Of a stretch of 35,853 nt of DNA, positions 11,214 to 22,200 are shown one piece after another. The notes beneath the pieces are model-generated. The model saw only the letters and a list, made by a program, of their open reading frames with translations. It was not told the origin of the DNA and did not search any database. The translations under genes were made by a program, and so were the position numbers. The DNA is from Thraustochytrium aureum (lineage: Eukaryota), in contig BLSG01000146.1 in assembly GCA_012862495.1 (NCBI GenBank), positions 50,081 through 85,933 of the forward strand. The letters run 5' to 3'. How positions within the stretch are numbered: the first letter of the stretch is position 1; each line of letters opens with the position of its first letter.

Positions 11214-13040
11214 CCTGCACGCCCGCTGTCGCTGAAGGCTCGCCTGCTTTCTGCGTCAGGCCGTTGATACCTTGCGCTTCGCGAGCTTCAAAAGCTCCGA
11301 AAGCCTCGGACGCTCTCCAGTCGTTCGGGCTCTGCTGCTGTTCCGCTTGGCGCACCTCGCGCCTCGTCCAGTTTGTGATCCTCATCGCAAGTGGGCCAGT
11401 CATGTGAGTTTTTTTCTTGAGAGAATTCTTTTAAAATCTTGTATTTTTCGTGGTTGTTCCGACGAGCAGAAGGAAGCGACGAACGCCAACGAGCAGAACA
11501 GATCGACAGGGGCACGAGGAGAGCCCGAATCAGAAATTCAGTTCAGATGATTCAGAACCATAGGTACGAGCCAGTGCAGATGAATTGGTGACCGTGCCCC
11601 ATGTAAAGCGACCTTCGACTTTTGGCGTCGAAGCGATCGACGAAGAACTGTGCACCTCGCCTGGAGGTTCATCAGAATTCAGATTACAGCATGTGCAACC
11701 AACAAGCTCAGATTGTACCGTTATCGAACGAGGCGGAGGAAGCTTGTCTTATTGAGCCTTCTCCGTGTAAAACCAAACTCGAGCGAGCCGAGCTGAGGCC
11801 GAGCAAACGCAGACGCGAAATGAGCGCCCAGGCTGTGAAGGGCACAAGAGCATCCTGGTCGCTGGCTACCGAACGGCTATGGCCCTATGGCTTGAGCGTT
11901 TCGCCGATGTCAACGTCGAAAAAACCAGCGCCGCTCGCACTGTCTGAGGTGGGAGAAACACTGAAGGCGCACGGTTGCTCCGAGAGCAGCACAGCGCCCA
12001 TCTAAAGGCTGTCAGAAATGAACTCTGGTGCGTCCGCGACCGGTTCGAACCTGGCAAGCGACTGCCAAACGCGAACGGCCCCTTCAGCTTGTGTGGAAGC
12101 GGCTATCGAAAAACAGGCAAGTCAAAGGAAACCAGCACAGCGCAACCTTTGCGAGTCTTTGCGAATGTTCGCCGTAAGTATGCCAAGCCTCTTTACTCTG
12201 TATACAGCGTGCTATGCACGCTTAGTACATCTAATGTCCTTAATACCCCCCAAGGGGCATTTTCTTGCCCGGTAGAGCCGGTAGGGGATTCGTTGACTGT
12301 GAAATCGACACAAGACCGCCTCGGCAGAGACTGCATTTCCCCACCTCTCCACCCATCTTTGGATCGGTCATGCATACTACTCTTTTGGTAAAAAGAGCGG
12401 TTGAGGTCGTTGCCGCTTGCCAACGCACTCTCAGCTCCGCCACCTCCTTCCGAGAAAAAAACCGTGGGTTTGCTCGAGAAGGGCAAGGACTTCGGTCAAC
12501 GCAATCATTCAGAAACAAGGGCGCTCGCGTGCGGCTTGCAACCTGTCTCAAAGACCGACAACGATATGCTCGTTGGGTCAGCATCTGGGAACTGCGTTGA
12601 CATGAGACTTTGTGTGCCGCAAGCATATGCAGAACGCTCGGAGATCGAGTACCACACTCATGCTGTTTGCGGATTTTGAACTACTTTCTCACAACCTCTT
12701 GGAACAGAGCTTGCCGTTTCGCTTGCCGAGCGCGGTCCCCCAAATCTGAACAGGCTGAAGCTAACAGCTCTCACCGGACTTCCACCGACTCGGACTCTCG
12801 CAAGCACCGTCTTTTTTCGGACCTCATTTGACGTTGTGAGCATATAGGGGTTGGAGCGGTGCTATTCCAAGCAAAGTCGACCCTGCTCTGCAGTTCCTGA
12901 TCGAACCGTGCGTACCGAGCTGCGTCAGAGTGCGCTACGTGCCGTCGAGTGCGAGCGGGCAGCTGCGCAACAACGCAAGGGTTGTGATTGCTAGCGAGGC
13001 GAGATGTCCGGAGGGGTGGGGGGACGCTTCACCAGAAGCA

Positions 13041-14726
13041 ATGTCCAAGCGTCTGACCATGCGGATGCTAAACAAGCTAAGCGCCGGCGACGGTGAGCGG
13101 GCCGCGCAAGCGAGGGCTCTGGAAGGCTTGGGAAGGAACTACGGCGACGCCGTTGCTGCAAGTGGCGGAATGGCCCACAACGTACTCCTTGCGCAAGGCC
13201 TTGCCGGGGGGGCAACGAATTCGCAGAAACAGCTCGCCCTCCTTCAGCACGAGCAACAGAGACGTGTACAGGAGCACATGCAAAAGGAAACCCAGCGACA
13301 AATTCAAAAGCAGGTTTTGCATCAGAAGATCATGCAACAGAAGATCATGCAACAGAAGGTCATGCAGCAAAAGGTCATGCAGCAAAAGGTCATGCAGCAG
13401 AAAATCCAACTTCAGATGCAAGAGCATGTGCAGCGCCAAGTCCAGCAGCAAGTCCAGCAGCAAGTCCAGCAGCAGCTCAAGCGCCAAAGGGCACTGCACC
13501 AAAAGGCACAGCTGCAGATCCAGCATCAAGTCCAGCAGCAGATGCAGCAGCAAGTGCAAAAGCAGGTGCAAAAGCATTTCCAACTACAAATGCAACAGCA
13601 GCAACGGCAGCAGAGGCAGCTGCAGATGCAGCTCCACATGCAACAATCGCAAGCGCACAAGCTGCAAGCAGAAGGCGAACAGCAACTTTTGAACCAGCGG
13701 CTTCAAGGTGCCCACATGCACAGTATTCAACAATTGCAAAAGCAGAAGCTGCAGCAACTGCAACAGCAATCTGCTGGGATGGTTCCAACACCAGCGGTTG
13801 GGATCCAGTATGCGGGGGTTGAGCACGGCATTGCGATGCAACGCTACATGCAACAGGCCGCTGCAAGGCCGCTGCCTGCGCAAGTTGCCCACGCTTACGC
13901 AGCGGCGCCTGGGCAATCCGTCGCGGCCTTGCCTGGCCCTGGTGGATTCGTTTTGGCCCCTCGGTCGTTGTCAAATGCGACTGCTTCGACAGGGGAGGGC
14001 GGAGCCCATGAATCTCTTTCGCGCTCGACGAGCGGGCAAGAGGAGCGAATAACGCCACTTCCGCCTCGCTGGCTCAACATTGAGGTTGTTACCGCGTTTT
14101 CCTTGGACTTCGCGAAAGTGAAAGAGACTGGACAGCTCGCCTTCACAAAGGACATCATCGAGAAGGCCCACTTGTTTCACTTTCTCAAGCGGACCAAGTT
14201 TCCTCAGCTATCGGCAAAACAGTACCGCGCCGCGCTCCGCAAGCTGGTCTGCGAGGAGACTGAACCGGGGACCGGCACCGAAGGGCGGGATGTCTTGCAC
14301 AAGGACTTGGCCGAGATTCTCAGTGAACACATTGAATTCGTAGGTCGCTCGCATTGGGGTTTCAAGCGGTTCGTCACCGCTGGCCCTGAACTTGCAGACT
14401 TTCGTGCCTCGCAGCGCGTGACAGAAGCCAACGCCGCAGCCTACTCGCCCTCCGTAAGAGCCATGCTGCACGCCGGAGGAAGGTTGCCGGAATCACCACC
14501 TTCTGCGAGCAAAAAAGGCAGCGAGACGCCCTGGCTCATTCGTTTTTCGCTCCAGGGGTGGACCAGCTTGCCCATGCGTCCCATGCGCTCCAGCGCGACA
14601 TTTCGTCGGCCTCAGACCAAACCGTTGCCCTGGTGCAGCCACCACAACTATTTGGGATCCACCACCAAGTGCCACCATTCAAGTACATGCGCTTCGCATA
14701 GTCCACGTTTCCGTCGGCCGAATTGA
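13041..14726 (+). CDS. Glutamine-rich (polyQ) protein with unrecognised globular C-terminal domain; 3' end uncertain (14701 or 14726)
   Basis: ATG at 13041 in a long ORF. About 180 aa of Q/K/M/V-rich sequence using mixed CAA/CAG codons, then a normal-complexity region LPPRWLNIEVV...GRSHWGFKRFV. Probable intron at 14454-14555. Confidence 0.75.
   Translation: MSKRLTMRMLNKLSAGDGERAAQARALEGLGRNYGDAVAASGGMAHNVLLAQGLAGGATNSQKQLALLQHEQQRRVQEHMQKETQRQIQKQVLHQKIMQQKIMQQKVMQQKVMQQKVMQQKIQLQMQEHVQRQVQQQVQQQVQQQLKRQRALHQKAQLQIQHQVQQQMQQQVQKQVQKHFQLQMQQQQRQQRQLQMQLHMQQSQAHKLQAEGEQQLLNQRLQGAHMHSIQQLQKQKLQQLQQQSAGMVPTPAVGIQYAGVEHGIAMQRYMQQAAARPLPAQVAHAYAAAPGQSVAALPGPGGFVLAPRSLSNATASTGEGGAHESLSRSTSGQEERITPLPPRWLNIEVVTAFSLDFAKVKETGQLAFTKDIIEKAHLFHFLKRTKFPQLSAKQYRAALRKLVCEETEPGTGTEGRDVLHKDLAEILSEHIEFVGRSHWGFKRFVTAGPELADFRASQRVTEANAAAYSPSVRAMLHAGGRLPESPPSASKKGSETPWLIRFSLQGWTSLPMRPMRSSATFRRPQTKPLPWCSHHNYLGSTTKCHHSSTCASHSPRFRRPN
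13323..13406 (+). repeat. Coding 15-bp tandem repeat encoding QK(I/V)MQ x5-6
   Basis: CAGAAGATCATGCAA-like units are directly visible and in frame in the polyQ gene. Confidence 0.85.
14454..14555 (+). other. Putative spliceosomal intron (102 bp) in polyQ gene
   Basis: GTAAGA donor, CTCAT branch-like motif, pyrimidine tract TTTTTCGCTCCAG acceptor. The length is a multiple of 3 with no stop, so splicing is not forced by the reading frame. Confidence 0.5.
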
Positions 14727-15478
14727 GAACCACTCCTGCTCTGATAGAGGACGGATACCGAGCCAAACTCGTTCGAATGCGCGCTCCCACCGTGACGTCC
14801 GCCAAACTCTGAAAAACAAGAAGAGAGACAACTGCCTTTCCAGATATTTGCTTGAGCTTTAGTAAAGCGATTCCCCTCGAGACCGCCATCCTTGTCGCGC
14901 CTCGTCGCGCCTCGCCTGGCGCGGCAACGTCGCGCGATTCGCTGTTACGTCAGCATTTGTTTGCACCATGTGGCGACGCGGCACACGTCGCCCAGCTTCT
15001 GGCGCCCTGCGCTCGCTGCCGAATTGAGCGCGCAGTTCTGTCGACGGCGCTCGCGCAGGGCGCAGCGCTCGCACGCTGCCAGCAGCTCGGCGTTGTCCCC
15101 AGCGCGGACAGAAGGGCAACAACTCTTGATGGACATCCACGTTTATGTTGTGCGAAATGTGCTGCGCAACGGCTATGTTTGTTGCAGCATGACACGGGCG
15201 GGCATCATCGCTGCAGACCTCGCCAGCAGGCAGGCCTTGCAGGCAGGCCTTTCTCACGCCTGCAAGGGCTTGCTGCTTCTCGCGCCCGAGAGGGCGGCGT
15301 CTCTGCTGGCCGTCTTGACCGGAACGCTACCAGGCTAGCTCGAGGCGTCTGGCGGTGTCCTCCTACCGCGCTGGTGGCCAGGCCAGCTCTTGGACAAGGC
15401 TCGACCAGCGGCGGCTGGCGAGGCGAGGCGAAGCGAGGCGAGGCGAGGCAGCCAGGGGCAAACGCATCGGTCGGCGCC

Positions 15479-16159
15479 ATGGGCGGCGCCTGCTCGAGGA
15501 CCAACGCTGTAGGGCTCGACCCAGATGTAAAACGAGCAGAAGGCACAGACCGGTTGGCACCGCTCGGACGAGAACCAACCAAGGTCAGCGCGAAGCGGCA
15601 CACGGTCCGCGTAGCCGGGGCTGCGGACAGCACGTCGGCAAAGGCAACGCCGGGGAGCGGCTCGCTCGTGCGTCGCTCGACCTTCTTCAGGGCTCCAAGC
15701 TTTTTCCGCACGCGGAAAGCAACAGGGCTGCCAATCGCGAGGAGGCAGACGTTTGCAGCGATCCAAGCAAAAGGCAAGGGGTTGCGCGAGCAGCGGGCGA
15801 AAAACCACGGCCTGAGTGAAGCGCTTTCCCGGGAACTCATCAAGCTCTTCGAAAAACTCGACCGGAACGGCGACGGCACGCTTCAAAAAAGCGAAGCAGG
15901 CACGTATTTGTCCACCATTGATGCAAACTTTGGAGTCCTGAGCAAGTCGGAGCAGCACGAGCAGATCCAGCGGTTCATCTCCAGCTTTCCGGGCGGCCAG
16001 GTCGAAAAGATCACTCTGGCAATGTGGCGAAACAAGGCGCGAGACACGTTTGGGGTCAAAGATGAGGACGTGGACGAGGACGAGTGGGTCGAGATGCAAC
16101 GCGAAGCACTTGCCTACACAAGGAACTTGCTGACCAAGTTTACCGCACTGGAAACCTAA
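15479..16159 (+). CDS. EF-hand calcium-binding protein with N-terminal myristoylation/palmitoylation motif
   Basis: ATG at 15479 gives MGGACS (Gly2, Cys5, Ser6). Canonical EF loop FEKLDRNGDGTLQKSE and a degenerate second hand. TAA at 16157-16159. Confidence 0.8.
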   Translation: MGGACSRTNAVGLDPDVKRAEGTDRLAPLGREPTKVSAKRHTVRVAGAADSTSAKATPGSGSLVRRSTFFRAPSFFRTRKATGLPIARRQTFAAIQAKGKGLREQRAKNHGLSEALSRELIKLFEKLDRNGDGTLQKSEAGTYLSTIDANFGVLSKSEQHEQIQRFISSFPGGQVEKITLAMWRNKARDTFGVKDEDVDEDEWVEMQREALAYTRNLLTKFTALET

Positions 16160-16258
16160 AAAAGTGACACGCAAAATTATTTCTAGGACAGTGCACGAAC
16201 GGGTCGACGACGACGCCCGGCACGGCGCTGGGTGGGGGGCGGGGAGGGGCACCACCCG

Positions 16259-18191
16259 TTAGCCCCCGTGTGAGGTATTGCAGGACGCGCTTGGGCCTGG
16301 TGCTGCGGCTCCGAGTCGCCCCATAAACGCTGTCAGATAGTGGCCGAATCGCTCCGTCAGCGCCCCGTCCCTGATGATCGACCCAAAGCCGTCCAGGGTG
16401 CGCAAGCGGATGTCGTCCGGCATAGAGAGCACACAGAGAGCCGAGTGAACCGTTTGCCAGTCTTTTCGTCAACCTCTGCCCACAGCAAGCATCCCTCAAC
16501 GAGCAAGCTGGTGATGCGCTGTGTGTTCTCGTGGTTCGGGGCCTTGAGGTGCTGCGTCGTGGACCTCGCCAGCAAGTGACAGCGAACCGCGCCAATGTTG
16601 CGGTTGATGTCGCCAAACCCTGTAGCCGAATGTCCAGCCCCGGGACCCCCGCCGCCGGCCTCATCCGTCGGCGACCCTACCGCTTCGCTCAAAAAGGCTG
16701 CGGCGTCCGGCGACTGGCGTACAATCGTCGAACGAGCCATGTCACGCAGGCGACGCGTCGCCACAAATACCCAGTCCTTGTCCTTGCAGGGCGGCGGGTA
16801 GCGCTCGCGAAAATATGCCGCGCTGATTACGCCGCCTGGCAAATCTACTCCCCGACGCCTAAGGGGCTGTCGCGGCAATTCGGCCTCTTGAGGTCCCTCG
16901 CCCCCTGTCTTTGTCGGGCCTTGTTGCGTGCGAGAGTCGTGCGCGGAGCGCTGGCGCTTGTTTCGGCGCGGCGGTTCTTGATCCTCTTCGTCGTGGCTTT
17001 GTTCAATGCTCCTCGTGCGCTCCGCACCGGCACGATTTGCTGCGGCCTCGCCGTGGGCGGCCCCATCAGCGGGCGGGTTGCCTGGTTTCTTGCCTGGTTT
17101 CCCGTCGTCCTCATCTTCGTCAGACTCTAGGCTCTCGAGGAGGAGCCTCTTGAACTCGAAGCCATCGTTTTGCGTGAGCCCGTAAACGTTGGCCTGCTCG
17201 CGCTCCTCGGTCCAAACGTCCCAATACAGGGCTGCCGCCACCTCGACGTCAATATCAGGAAGGACGAGGTCGAGGCGAAGGTGGAGTCGCTGCCTGCACG
17301 GGGCGACGTCTGCCTGCTTGCCAAAATCATCGACGAATTTATAGCACGCAGTAACGAACGGCCGCTGCCTGCCCCCGAGCAACTTGATGCAGTTCGGCAT
17401 CTGGGCCTCCAGCCAGTCGTCCTTGAGCGACTGGCTTACGAGGCTCAGCGCGTGGCTCACTGCGAAGTCGGCGCCCTGCTTGTAAAGCGAGCGCCGCGCG
17501 ACTTCGGAGCTCGGAACGCCTGACGCTAGCTTCATGAATCCGCCAACAAACTTTTTGTGCTCCTCCAGCTGGGCTTTGAGCAGCTCGTTCTCTAGCTGCA
17601 CGTCGATCGAGCCTTCCGCGCGAAGGGCCTCGACCTTGAGCTGCAAGTGCTGAATCTTGTCGAGAAACTCGTCGCGTTCGTCGCGCAACCTCTTGTTTTC
17701 AGAGCGAAGCCCGTTCACCTCCTTCTTGCGCTTCTCCCGGGCCGCCTTGCTCGCCTTGGCGACCTGCTCCCGCCTGCGCTTCACCCACTCGCTGTTTCTG
17801 TCCGCTTTCGAGACGCTCTCTTCGTCCGAGGACGAGGACGCTGCCAGAGATGACCCTGCATGCGATCGTAGCGCCCGGGGCTTCCGCGACGAGGCTGCGG
17901 TGGGGCGTGCAACGGGAGTGCACTGGATCGTTTGGTCAGCAGGGACTTGCCCGTGCCAAGAGCCTGCAGCAGGAGGCAAACTGTGGACTTGGTGCTCGTA
18001 AAACCTCCTCGACTCGTCAGCAGGCGGCCCGTGCGCATGGTACCCGTGCGGGATCATCGGGGATGCGGTCGGCTGCTGTTGTTCCGCTGGGCCGAACTCG
18101 AACGAGGGGCTGCCAAAGTCCTCAAAGTAGTCTACCCGCGAGAGACTGATGCGCCGTTTCCAGGGTTGCCGCGGTCGCTACCGTCGTGCAT
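16259..18191 (-). CDS. bZIP transcription factor with C-terminal START/SRPBCC-like domain; two apparent frameshifts
   Basis: Basic region and zipper KRRREQVAKASKAAREKRKKEVNGLRSENKRLRDERDEFLDKIQHLQLKVEAL at about 17560-17800. Main ORF is 16357-18057. Adding one base at about 16431 gives a natural C-terminus (VLSMPDDIRL...SHGG*, stop 16259). Adding one base at about 18136 extends the N-terminus to ATG 18191 or into the gap. The START-like call is a tentative judgement from the beta/alpha pattern. Confidence 0.75.
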
Positions 18192-19097
18192 CTCCCTCCA
18201 CCCCGACCACNNNNNNNNNNNNNNNNNNNNNNNNNNNNNNNNNNNNNNNNNNNNNNNNNNNNNNNNNNNNNNNNNNNNNNNNNNNNNNNNNNNNNNNNNN
18301 NNNNNNNNNNNNNNNNNNNNNNNNNNNNNNNNNNNNNNNNNNNNNNNNNNNNNNNNNNNNNNNNNNNNNNNNNNNNNNNNNNNNNNNNNNNNNNNNNNNN
18401 NNNNNNNNNNNNNNNNNNNNNNNNNNNNNNNNNNNNNNNNNNNNNNNNNNNNNNNNNNNNNNNNNNNNNNNNNNNNNNNNNNNNNNNNNNNNNNNNNNNN
18501 NNNNNNNNNNNNNNNNNNNNNNNNNNNNNNNNNNNNNNNNNNNNNNNNNNNNNNNNNNNNNNNNNNNNNNNNNNNNNNNNNNNNNNNNNNNNNNNNNNNN
18601 NNNNNNNNNNNNNNNNNNNNNNNNNNNNNNNNNNNNNNNNNNNNNNNNNNNNNNNNNNNNNNNNNNNNNNNNNNNNNNNNNNNNNNNNNNNNNNNNNNNN
18701 NNNNNNNNNNNNNNNNNNNNNNNNNNNNNNNNNNNNNNNNNNNNNNNNNNNNNNNNNNNNNNNNNNNNNNNNNNNNNNNNNAACCAACCGAAACCGACCA
18801 ACGAACCGACCAGCGCATGGTACGAGCGACCCAACGGGCCTCCGCTCGCGCTCCACTCGCGCGCCGCACTCGGAACGGTCGCCGCCCAATGAACGATTGA
18901 TTGATTCCCTATGCACTTGACACGAACTACAACCGCGCATGACACGGGCACAACACGGGCGAACCCCTGTGCGCGCAGCATAGCTTGACGTGGCGCGTTC
19001 GCTCCCAGGTAGCGCGAAGGACTTGACGGAGTACCCCCGGGATGCATCCACATCAACTCGATTTGGATTGAAGCGAACGAAGGCCAGACCCCGAACG

Positions 19098-19190
19098 CAG
19101 CAGCACCAGCAGCAGGAGCAGCAGGAGCAGCAGCAGCAGCAGCAGCAGCAGGAGCAGCAGCAGCAGGAGCAGCAGCAGCAGCAGCAGGAG
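19098..19190 (+). repeat. Interrupted (CAG)n trinucleotide repeat, about 31 triplets, with GAG/CAC interruptions
   Basis: Directly visible. It ends about 57 bp upstream of the DIS3L2 ATG. Confidence 0.95.
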
Positions 19191-19246
19191 CTCAAGGCGA
19201 CGTTGTTGCGCCAGCTAAATCGTGTTAGAGCTTGGGTCGCGGGAGG

Positions 19247-22200
19247 ATGGAAGGCGCGCCTGGAGGTGCGGCGCCGCCCGCGAATCGACGAGGCAGAGGC
19301 GGCGGGCGCGGCAGGCGCGGCGGCAAGGCCAGGTCCAGGTCGCCCAAGAAGGAGGAGGAACAGGCGAGCCCAAGGGGTCCCAGAGGCGGCAGGGCGGTTG
19401 AGTCGAAGAAGGAGACCGGGCGGAACGCGAGAAAGCATTTTCAGCAAGTTGATCACAAGGATTTTTACTCGGCATGGATGACCAAGGAGGAGATTGACCA
19501 GGGCGTCGCGGACGGCGAGATTTTTGTGGGGCCCCTCAGGATCAACGCGAAGAACCGGCGAGAGGCGTACGTGTCGAGCCCCCAGTTCAAGCTGGATATC
19601 TACATCGATGGCGAAAAGGCTCGAAACCGAGCGCTGAACGGAGACCTGGTCGCCGTTCAGATCCTCGACAAAAGCGAATGGCGCGAGCGCCGCGTGGCAA
19701 GCGCGGTGGACCAAGTCTCGCAGGCGCTGGAAGGAGTCAGCCTGGAGGACGACGAAGGCCTCTGGCGGCCGCGCATCCAGGGCAACTCTGAGGCCGCCAA
19801 GACAGCGGCACCCGTAGAACGCGATGAGCAAGGCCCGAGAAGCGCGAGCCCGAACAGCCAAGAGACCACGCCGCCCAAGCCGCCGCGACTGGACCGCGAT
19901 GGCTGGCAGGCCTCTGGTCGCGTTGTAGCGGTACTGGTGGCCAACGAAGGAGCCGGGATATCAGTGGAGCGCCAGCGCGCCCACACGCTGATTGGCGTCC
20001 TCGTGCCCCAGTACGGGTTTGACCGTGAGCAACCGCCGGGCCTGCGAAGGAACAGGCCGCTCCCCGCTGGAGACCGCATGGTCGAGTTCCGCCCTCTGGA
20101 CGTCCGCGTCCCTTTCATGCTCGTCCCGCGCGAGCAAGCCCCGCAAGAGTTTTTGGAAGACCCGTACTCGTTCGCCCCGCCAAACGCGAGGCTGTTCGAG
20201 GCAGCGCTCGCGGAGTGGACGGAGGAGCACAGGTTCCCAAAGGCGAGGCTCATCCGGCAGGTTGGCGAGGCGGGCGAAATCGGCCCGGAGACCGAGGCGC
20301 TCTTGATCGAAACTAACTGCGACCACGGCGAATTCCCCGAGCCTGCGCTGCAGGTTTTGCGCGACCAGATTCCCGAGTCTGGCTGGGTCATGCCGGAGGA
20401 TGAGATCAAGCGTCGGCTCGATTTGCGCGAGTCGCGACGCATTTTCACGATCGACCCCGCCACAGCCAAAGACTTGGATGACGCTCTACACTGTGTTCCC
20501 GTTGCAGGTGGAACGGTTAAAGGCCAGGACGGCGCTGCGCTCCCGGCGCACTTTGAGATCGGCGTCCACATCGCCGACGTTTCCTATTTTGTCGGCGAAG
20601 ACAACGCCCTCGACACTGAAGCCCAGCGAAGGTCCACGACGGTCTACCTGGTGAACCGGGTGTTGCCGATGCTACCCCCGCTTTTGAGCGAGGAGCTCTG
20701 CTCGCTCAACGAGGGCGTAGATCGCTTCGCCTACTCGTGCATTTGGCGCATGAGCGAGGACGGCGAGATGTTGGCCAACTCGCCGCCGCCCTGGTTTGGG
20801 CGGACCGTGATACGCTCCGCTGCTCGACTCGACTACGGGCTGGCGCAGCGCATGGTCGACGGCACGGTGACCGCCTCGAGCACCGACACGGGCGACTCGG
20901 AGGACCCCGCGTGCTGGCCCGACCGCCGTGCCCCCTACCCGCCGCACACCAAGCAGGAGGTCATCGACGACGTGCGCAATCTGGTGCGGATCGCCATGCA
21001 CCGGCGCAAGAAGCGCTTTGCCCGCGACAAGGGCGGCGCGTTGGCGATGAAGCAGGTCAAGATGTCTTTCCGGCGCGACGAAACGGGCAACCCGGTCTCG
21101 GTGTGCGGCTACCCGATCCGGGACACGAACAAGACCATCGAAGAGTACATGCTGATGGCCAACTACTTGGTGGCAGAGCAGCTCATCCTCGGGGCGAAGA
21201 AGAAGGGCTTCATCCGGCACCACCCGCCACCGGACCCCAAGTCGATGGGCTCGCTTATGCAGATGCTCGAGGCCGAGGGGATCGACTTTGAGCCTTCCGC
21301 GTTGGCTTCCGCATCGGGCCTGCACGCCACGCTTGAGCGCCTCGAGCAGACGCAGCCCCCGATCCTGCTCGAGGTAATATACGCGCTCTTGCGCAAGCCG
21401 ATGAAGCCGGCGCGCTACGCGCCGGCTGGCGCGCTCGAGCAGCGCGAATGGCGCCACTGGGCGCTCAATATCCCCTACTACACGCATTTCACCTCGCCAA
21501 TTCGCCGGTACGCCGACATTATTGTGCATCGCAGCTCGATGCAGTTCTCGCCGGGGATATGCGCAGCTACACACAGAGCGTCGAGGACTTGGAGCGCATC
21601 GCAGACCATTGCAATGACAAGAAGGAGCACTCCAAGCTCGCCCAAGACGCCAGCGACAAGCTCTTCCTCGCCGTGTTTGTGAAGGACCGCAAGGCCAAGG
21701 GCGACCCGATCGTAACGAAAGCGGTCGTGATGGACCTTGGCCCTCAGTCCTTTACTGTTCTTTTGCTCGACTTTGGACTCGAGGTCCGGGTCCACGCCGA
21801 GCGCGACTTTCACGGGGCGTCCATCAAGGCGGTCTTCCAAGACGACCCGCAACACCCGCACGGTGGGAATCGTAGCGGTAGCGGTGATGCTTCGCATCCA
21901 TCGTCGCCTGATGCTGTCCACGGTGAGCGACGCTCCCGGGGCGGCCGCCGGGGNNNNNNNNNNNNNNNNNNNNNNNNNNNNNNNNNNNNNNNNNNNNNNN
22001 NNNNNNNNNNNNNNNNNNNNNNNNNNNNNNNNNNNNNNNNNNNNNNNNNNNNNNNNNNNNNNNNNNNNNNNNNNNNNNNNNNNNNNNNNNNNNNNNNNNN
22101 NNNNNNNNNNNNNNNNNNNNNNNNNNNNNNNNNNNNNNNNNNNNNNNNNNNNNNNNNNNNNNNNNNNNNNNNNNNNNNNNNNNNNNNNNAGGGAGGAACG

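Noticed and set aside
11250..12900. Hidden gene or transposon in the lower-GC interval
   Set aside because: Only short ORFs without motifs. One GTAAGT at about 12174 could not be built into a coherent gene model. No terminal repeats or transposase/RT motifs were seen.
14852..15478. N-terminal extension of the EF-hand ORF
   Set aside because: TTG start, composition typical of non-coding GC-rich DNA including a (GGCGA)n run, and ATG 15479 gives a proper acylation motif.
18990..19481. Stand-alone polyQ protein, or poly-Cys protein on the minus strand
   Set aside because: No ATG start, it overlaps DIS3L2 out of frame, and it is fully explained by the CAG microsatellite.
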